Shown here: in pieces, positions 59,565 to 64,000 of the stretch
Position numbering within the stretch: position 1 is the first letter of the stretch
Layout of the letters: every line of letters starts with the position of its first letter
Assembly: GCA_040220855.1 (NCBI GenBank)
Contig: JAVJVZ010000076.1
Location: 26,220-90,219 of the forward strand
From: Gammaproteobacteria bacterium
GTDB lineage: Bacteria; Pseudomonadota; Gammaproteobacteria; Ga0077536
Reading direction: 5' to 3'
DNA length: 64,000 bases
Notes under the pieces: model-generated
What the model saw: only the letters and a program-made list of their open reading frames with translations
Databases searched by the model: none
Told to the model about the DNA's origin: nothing
Position numbers and translations under genes: made by a program

Positions 59565-59723
59565 GGCGGTTTCTCCTCGGTCGATGCTTGCCCCGACGGT
59601 AGCGCTGCGGCCCTGAATCGGTGCTGAATGCCGGCGTCGATTCCCGCCGCGGCACCACCGCGCGTACAATGAGCGCCGGCGTGACGGGACGGCGTGCGCC
59701 GTGACCGAACGAGGAGTGTCCGA

Positions 59724-60227
59724 TTGCCGAAGCGCGCTGTCAGCGGCGCCGTGCTGCTCACCGCCGGCCTCGTGATCGGCTGGATGGGTGGTACCTGGTC
59801 GGCGGCACGTACGTTGCTGCCACCGGTGACGCAGGTGGTCGTCGCCGAAGCGGGCATGGCATTCGATGCCCGTCTCGATACAGGTGCCACGGTGTCCTCG
59901 ATTCACGCTGAAGACATCGTGGTCGCCGGCGGAAGAACGTCGCCGGGGCGCGATGATGTCGGGCGCACGGTGCATTTCGTGCTCGTCAACGCGGCCGGCG
60001 AACGGCGCGCCTTGCAGGCGCCGATAGCACTCGTGCGCGGCATCCGCATGGCCGATTGCCGCGAGGTGCGTTACCACGTGTGGCTCACCATCGTGCATCG
60101 CGGGCGCGCGCTGCGCGTGCTCGCCAACCTCAATGATCGCAGCGGCGCGGCCGACAAGCTGCTGCTGGGACGCAACTGGCTGCGCCACGGTTATGCCGTG
60201 GCAGCGCCCGAAGAAGCCGAAATATGA
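59724..60227 (+). CDS. retropepsin-like aspartic protease (DUF785 / COG4067 'putative ATP-dependent zinc protease')
   Basis: LDTGATVSSIHA is a D-T/S-G-A aspartyl-protease motif. TTG start 7 nt after GAGGAG; the ORF track allows an upstream GTG at 59694. Confidence 0.65.
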   Translation: MPKRAVSGAVLLTAGLVIGWMGGTWSAARTLLPPVTQVVVAEAGMAFDARLDTGATVSSIHAEDIVVAGGRTSPGRDDVGRTVHFVLVNAAGERRALQAPIALVRGIRMADCREVRYHVWLTIVHRGRALRVLANLNDRSGAADKLLLGRNWLRHGYAVAAPEEAEI

Positions 60228-61420
60228 GCACCATTTCCGAGCAACCCCACGTCGACCTCACGGTCGGAACCACCGAGCTGCGCCTGCTCGGCACCGCCCA
60301 CGTGTCGCGAGCGAGCGCCGAGGCAGTGAGCGCCGAGATCGAGTCACGCCGCTACGACGCCGTTGCCATCGAACTCTGCGAGAACCGTCATCGCGGCATG
60401 GTCGACCCGGACGCCCTCGGCCGCATGGACCTGTTCGAGGTGATCCGCGGCGGCAAGGCGCCGATGGTCACTGCGATGCTCGCCATGGGTGCCTTCCAGC
60501 AGCGCATCGCCGAGCAGTTCGGCATCGAACCGGGCGCCGAGATGCGTGCGGCCATCAACGGCACCCAGGCGTACACGCTGCCGCTGCATCTCATCGATCG
60601 CGACATCGGCACGACCCTGCGGCGCATCTATGCCAACGTCCCCTGGTACAAGCGCATGTACCTGTTCAGCGGACTGTTCGCGAGCGTGGTGGTGAACGAC
60701 GACATCCCCGAAGAAGACATCGAGGCTCTCAAGCAGGGTGATCTCCTGGAAAGCACGTTCGCCCAGTTTGCCGATGCCGCCGGTCCCATCTACGAGCCGC
60801 TCATCGACGAGCGCGACCAGTACATGGCTGCGCGCCTGCTCGGCGTGATCGAGGACGAGCAGCCCGAACGCCTGCTCGCGGTGGTGGGTGCCGGCCACCT
60901 CAAGGGTATCGCGCACTGGCTGGGCGAGGGCATCGACGATCGCGCCGCGCGGCTGGCTGAGCTCGACAGCACCCCGCCACGTCGGCGGTGGCTGCGATTC
61001 CTGCCGTGGCTGGTGGTGGCCCTGGTACTGGTCGGCTTCGTACTCGGCTTTCTGCGCAGCCCCGAGCTCGGCCTGCGCCTGGTTGTCGAGTGGATCCTGA
61101 TCAACGGCACACTGGCTGCGCTTGGCTGCCTCATCGCCGGCGGCCACGCGCTGACCGTGGTGACGGGGTTCGTCGCCGCACCGCTGACGTCGCTCAACCC
61201 GACCGTCGGCGCCGGGATGGTCACGGCGCTGGTCGAGGCCTGGGTGCGCAAGCCCACCGTGGCCGATTTCGCGCGCCTGCGTCAGGACACCACGAGCCTG
61301 GCCGGCTGGCGGCACAATCGCGTCGCGCGGACCTTCCTGGTCTTCTTCCTCAGCACGCTCGGCTCGGCTATCGGCACCTACGTGGCGGGATTCAGGATTT
61401 TCGACCACCTGGTCGGCTGA
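60224..61420 (+). CDS. TraB/GumN family protein
   Basis: 398 aa; N-terminal …LLGTAHVS… and …VVGAGHLKG… TraB/GumN motifs plus a C-terminal membrane domain. ATGA overlap with the protease gene. Confidence 0.75.
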   Translation: MSTISEQPHVDLTVGTTELRLLGTAHVSRASAEAVSAEIESRRYDAVAIELCENRHRGMVDPDALGRMDLFEVIRGGKAPMVTAMLAMGAFQQRIAEQFGIEPGAEMRAAINGTQAYTLPLHLIDRDIGTTLRRIYANVPWYKRMYLFSGLFASVVVNDDIPEEDIEALKQGDLLESTFAQFADAAGPIYEPLIDERDQYMAARLLGVIEDEQPERLLAVVGAGHLKGIAHWLGEGIDDRAARLAELDSTPPRRRWLRFLPWLVVALVLVGFVLGFLRSPELGLRLVVEWILINGTLAALGCLIAGGHALTVVTGFVAAPLTSLNPTVGAGMVTALVEAWVRKPTVADFARLRQDTTSLAGWRHNRVARTFLVFFLSTLGSAIGTYVAGFRIFDHLVG

Positions 61421-62729
61421 GCGGCGCCATCACGCGCCGCCAGGCGATGGTGGCGAGCACCACCGCACTGGCGGCGTGCACGGCGAGGATGACGCACGCC
61501 GCGAGCGGCGCGTCGTACAGTGGTGGACGGATCAGCGTGGCCAGCCCCTCGAGACCGAGCAAATCCAGGGCGGCGGGCACGACGCGGTTGAGCAGCGCGA
61601 TGCAGACGATGGTAGCGATCTCCGCGCGGCGCGTGACACGGCCGTAACTGAACGCGGCAAGCAGCGCGAGGTCGCGCAGCGCGAACAGCGCGAACGCGAG
61701 TGCGACGCCGCCGAGATTGTCCGCCCGTTCGTTGCTGAGCGCGGCATCGGCGCCGCCCAGCGTCGCGATGAGCCCGAAGGCGAGCGCGATGGCGAGCGAA
61801 CTGGCTGCCAGCGGCAGCGCTTCGAGTGCGCGGCGCGCGTCTCCGTCGGCGAGTGCGTGCAACACGCGGCGTACCTGTACCGGGTCGCGGGCGAAGGCGA
61901 AACCGGCAACGTAGGCGAGCAGCGCGGCGAACAAGGCTGCGGCCGAACACAGTGCCGGTATCAGCGCAGGCTGCGGCGGCGGCGCGAGGCCGGCGAGGAG
62001 CAGGGCAAGAAACAGCACGAAAGCGAGCCAGGCCCATGGCGTGGTGCGGATGTCGAGCTCGATGCACATGGCGCGGTAGGCACCGAGCACCGCCCATGCC
62101 GCGAGCAATGCGAGCAGGGTGAGCATGAAGGTGGTCGTTGCCACCGCGTGGCCGAACCACGTGACCGCGGCGACCGGTAGCAGGCTGCCGGGCGGCACGA
62201 CCAGGGCGAAGGTCGGCGGCAGCACCAGTGCGAGCAGCAAGAGGGCGAGCGCAATCGACAGGCGCGCGCGCTGGTCGCGCACACGATGCGCGGTCACGAT
62301 GGCCGACGTCAGCGCCAGGGCCTGAGCGAGGAGCGCGGCGAGCACCAGCGCGAGCGCCGTGATCGCGAACTCGCCGAGATCGCGTTCTCCGCGCCAGCCG
62401 AACAGGATGCCGAGCCAGATGGCTCCGGCGTACCAGGGCATCAGCGTGGCGCCGAGCAACTTGCCCCAGGTCATCGACCATGCCGACAGCGCCGCCATGC
62501 GCTGAATGTCCCAGGTGTGTTCGCGGACCTCGTCGAGCACGGCGTTGCGCGCCTGGCTGGCGCCCCACAGGATGGTCGTGGCGACGAAGCCGAGCATGGC
62601 GCCGCCCGGTACGAGCGCCGGCACGGCGCGGCCGAGCACGAAGCTCGTGCCGATCAACGCGAGCGGGATCAGCCACAGGCGCTGCGCCGTCGCTTCCAGC
62701 CAGAGCAGGCGACGCAGTTCAGGGTTCAT
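61392..62729 (-). CDS. ABC-2 type transporter permease (polytopic membrane protein)
   Basis: 445 aa highly hydrophobic ORF. Start overlaps the ATPase gene stop by 11 nt. Confidence 0.55.
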   Translation of the reverse strand: MNPELRRLLWLEATAQRLWLIPLALIGTSFVLGRAVPALVPGGAMLGFVATTILWGASQARNAVLDEVREHTWDIQRMAALSAWSMTWGKLLGATLMPWYAGAIWLGILFGWRGERDLGEFAITALALVLAALLAQALALTSAIVTAHRVRDQRARLSIALALLLLALVLPPTFALVVPPGSLLPVAAVTWFGHAVATTTFMLTLLALLAAWAVLGAYRAMCIELDIRTTPWAWLAFVLFLALLLAGLAPPPQPALIPALCSAAALFAALLAYVAGFAFARDPVQVRRVLHALADGDARRALEALPLAASSLAIALAFGLIATLGGADAALSNERADNLGGVALAFALFALRDLALLAAFSYGRVTRRAEIATIVCIALLNRVVPAALDLLGLEGLATLIRPPLYDAPLAACVILAVHAASAVVLATIAWRRVMAPLSRPGGRKS

Positions 62730-63687
62730 CACGAAATGCCTCGTCCGCGGCGCGTGCCAGCGAGCGTAGGTAGGATTGTTGCAGGTCTTCGCGCAGCAAC
62801 GCGAAGTGCGCCACGCCAATGTCGGCATTGACGAGCGCGGCCAGCACGCCGGCGCGCTCGGCGGCGCCACCGCGCACGGCGCAGCGCAAGCGGCCTGGGT
62901 AGGCGGCATCGACCTCGATCGCGCTCACCGCAGGCTGGGCCGCGAGGACGGCGTGCGCGGACTCGGCGGCACCTGTCACCTCGAGCTCCACACGCGCCAG
63001 CGGCGCCCGTGCGACGCCGAGCGCGCGATGTTCGACCACGCGTCCGTCGCGCAGGATCAGCAGCGCGCTCGAATAGGATTCGAGCTCGGCGAGGATATGC
63101 GAGGAGACGATCAGCGTCATGCCACGGTCGCGCAAGGCCATGATCAGTTCGCCGAGCTGGTAGCGCGCCTCCGGGTCGAGCCCCGCGGCGGGCTCGTCGA
63201 GCAGAATCACGCGCGGTGCGTGAATGACCGCCTGTGCGATCGCGAGGCGCTGGCGCAGGCCGCGCGAGAGTTCGCCAGCGCGCTGGTCGAGGCGTTCGGC
63301 GAGACCGAGTTCGGCCGCCGTCTGCGCGACGAGTGCGGCCCGCGTGTCGCGGTCGACGCCGTTCGCGGCGGCGACGTAATCGAGGCAGCGGCGCACGCTG
63401 AGTTCGGCGTAGAGACCGAAGAAGTCCGCCAGGTAGCCGACCGCGCGGTGGCTGCGCCGGGGCTCGGCTACGACGTCGATGCCCGCAACGCGTATGCGGC
63501 CGGCGAGCGGGCGGTCCATGCCGGCCAGGCAGCGCAGCAGGCTGGTCTTGCCGGCACCGTTCGGCCCCACCAGTGCAGTCACGCTGCCGGCTTCGATGGT
63601 GAAGCCGACGTCGTCGAGCGCACGCAAGCCGGGGTACTCGTAGACGAGATGCTCGACTTCGATGATCGCTGGGTTGGTCGTTTGCAT
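62719..63687 (-). CDS. ABC transporter ATP-binding protein
   Basis: Walker A GPNGAGKTS, signature LSRGLRQRL, Walker B ILLDEP. Confidence 0.85.
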   Translation of the reverse strand: MQTTNPAIIEVEHLVYEYPGLRALDDVGFTIEAGSVTALVGPNGAGKTSLLRCLAGMDRPLAGRIRVAGIDVVAEPRRSHRAVGYLADFFGLYAELSVRRCLDYVAAANGVDRDTRAALVAQTAAELGLAERLDQRAGELSRGLRQRLAIAQAVIHAPRVILLDEPAAGLDPEARYQLGELIMALRDRGMTLIVSSHILAELESYSSALLILRDGRVVEHRALGVARAPLARVELEVTGAAESAHAVLAAQPAVSAIEVDAAYPGRLRCAVRGGAAERAGVLAALVNADIGVAHFALLREDLQQSYLRSLARAADEAFRDEP

Positions 63688-63810
63688 GATGGCGCGCCAC
63701 CCGGGGCGCACGGCTGGCTGCGTGGCGACCGCGAGTGTCGGCGCATCCTACCATCGCCACACGCGGGCGACGTCCGGCGACGACCATCGCGGGGTGTAGA
63801 CTCGACGACC

Positions 63811-64000
63811 ATGAGCGAACCCCACGTGCCCGACGACGTCACCGAGCAGGCCTGGCGCGAAGCGCTGGTGCTCGCCACGCGCGCCAGCGTGGTGCGACGT
63901 GCGCTGCGGGTCGCCGTCGTCGTCGGCAGCGTGCTGGTCGCCATCAATTACGGCGATCGCCTTCTCGCCGGCGAGCTCGATGCGCGCGACGGAATTCGCA
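63811..64000 (+). CDS. small membrane protein, 3'-truncated by the window edge (possibly NrtS-like)
   Basis: ATG at 63811 with an open frame to the end; …RALRVAVVVGSVLVAINYGD… is a TM segment. Family guess is from memory only. Confidence 0.3.
   Translation, partial: MSEPHVPDDVTEQAWREALVLATRASVVRRALRVAVVVGSVLVAINYGDRLLAGELDARDGIR

Overview
This is a 64 kb window of very high-GC (~70%) proteobacterial chromosome that is almost entirely protein-coding. I support 61 CDSs (one 5'-truncated, one 3'-truncated), a few hairpin terminators and two candidate regulatory repeats. No rRNA, tRNA, CRISPR array, transposase, integrase or phage gene was recognised.

Content by region:
- 1-12.8 kb: an oxidoreductase-rich block. 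It holds a PhyH dioxygenase, a CitE-like lyase, an esterase / FAD-monooxygenase / two luciferase-like monooxygenase (LLM) operon, a DUF1330 gene, and a Qor / LLM / 3-oxoadipate-enol-lactonase-like hydrolase / GST operon.
- 7.9-8.7 kb: a PEP-CTERM sorting-signal protein.
- 12.8-19.4 kb: cytochrome P460 with a divergent AraC regulator, YdbH-like and YdbL-like envelope proteins split by an MFS transporter, and a TauE/SafE exporter.
- 19.7-26.1 kb: citrate synthase plus a MaoC dehydratase, an FAH-family hydrolase, a BON-domain lipoprotein and an aminotransferase.
- 26.3-33.0 kb: a minus-strand operon of IclR, a split B12-dependent acyl-CoA mutase (large subunit plus B12-binding subunit), MeaB, UspA, an acyl-CoA dehydrogenase and a two-domain VOC protein.
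- 33.5-34.1 kb: a VPLPA-CTERM sorting-signal protein.
- 34.2-39.0 kb: dinB, a REC-PAS-GGDEF-EAL protein and a REC-PAS histidine kinase.
- 39.4-45.3 kb: an aerobic benzoyl-CoA 'box' locus (boxR, boxC, boxB, a small 2Fe-2S ferredoxin, benzoate-CoA ligase) with no boxA reductase and no boxD in the window.
- 45.4-50.6 kb: an operon of a GCS2 carboxylate-amine ligase, an AstE/AspA-family deacylase and an N-formylglutamate-amidohydrolase-like enzyme, followed by speD-like / speE / speD.
- 50.7-64 kb: ttcA, a Baeyer-Villiger monooxygenase with a divergent AraC regulator, fadD, rep helicase, a His/Arg/Trp-rich secreted mini-protein divergent from a retropepsin-like protease and TraB/GumN pair, an ABC-2 transporter, and a truncated small membrane-protein gene.

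The observations I would look at first are:
- the box locus in which an adrenodoxin-type ferredoxin sits where boxA is expected;
- a shared 17-18 nt TTGACAG...CGTGT[A/G]ACAG motif upstream of both exosortase-substrate genes;
- the GCS2 / deacylase / amidohydrolase operon fused to a polyamine cluster carrying two AdoMetDC paralogs.

My coordinates come from the supplied ORF track. Start codons were chosen by homology-consistent N-termini, RBS and stop/start overlaps. Product names are from motif and family recognition only; no database search was run.
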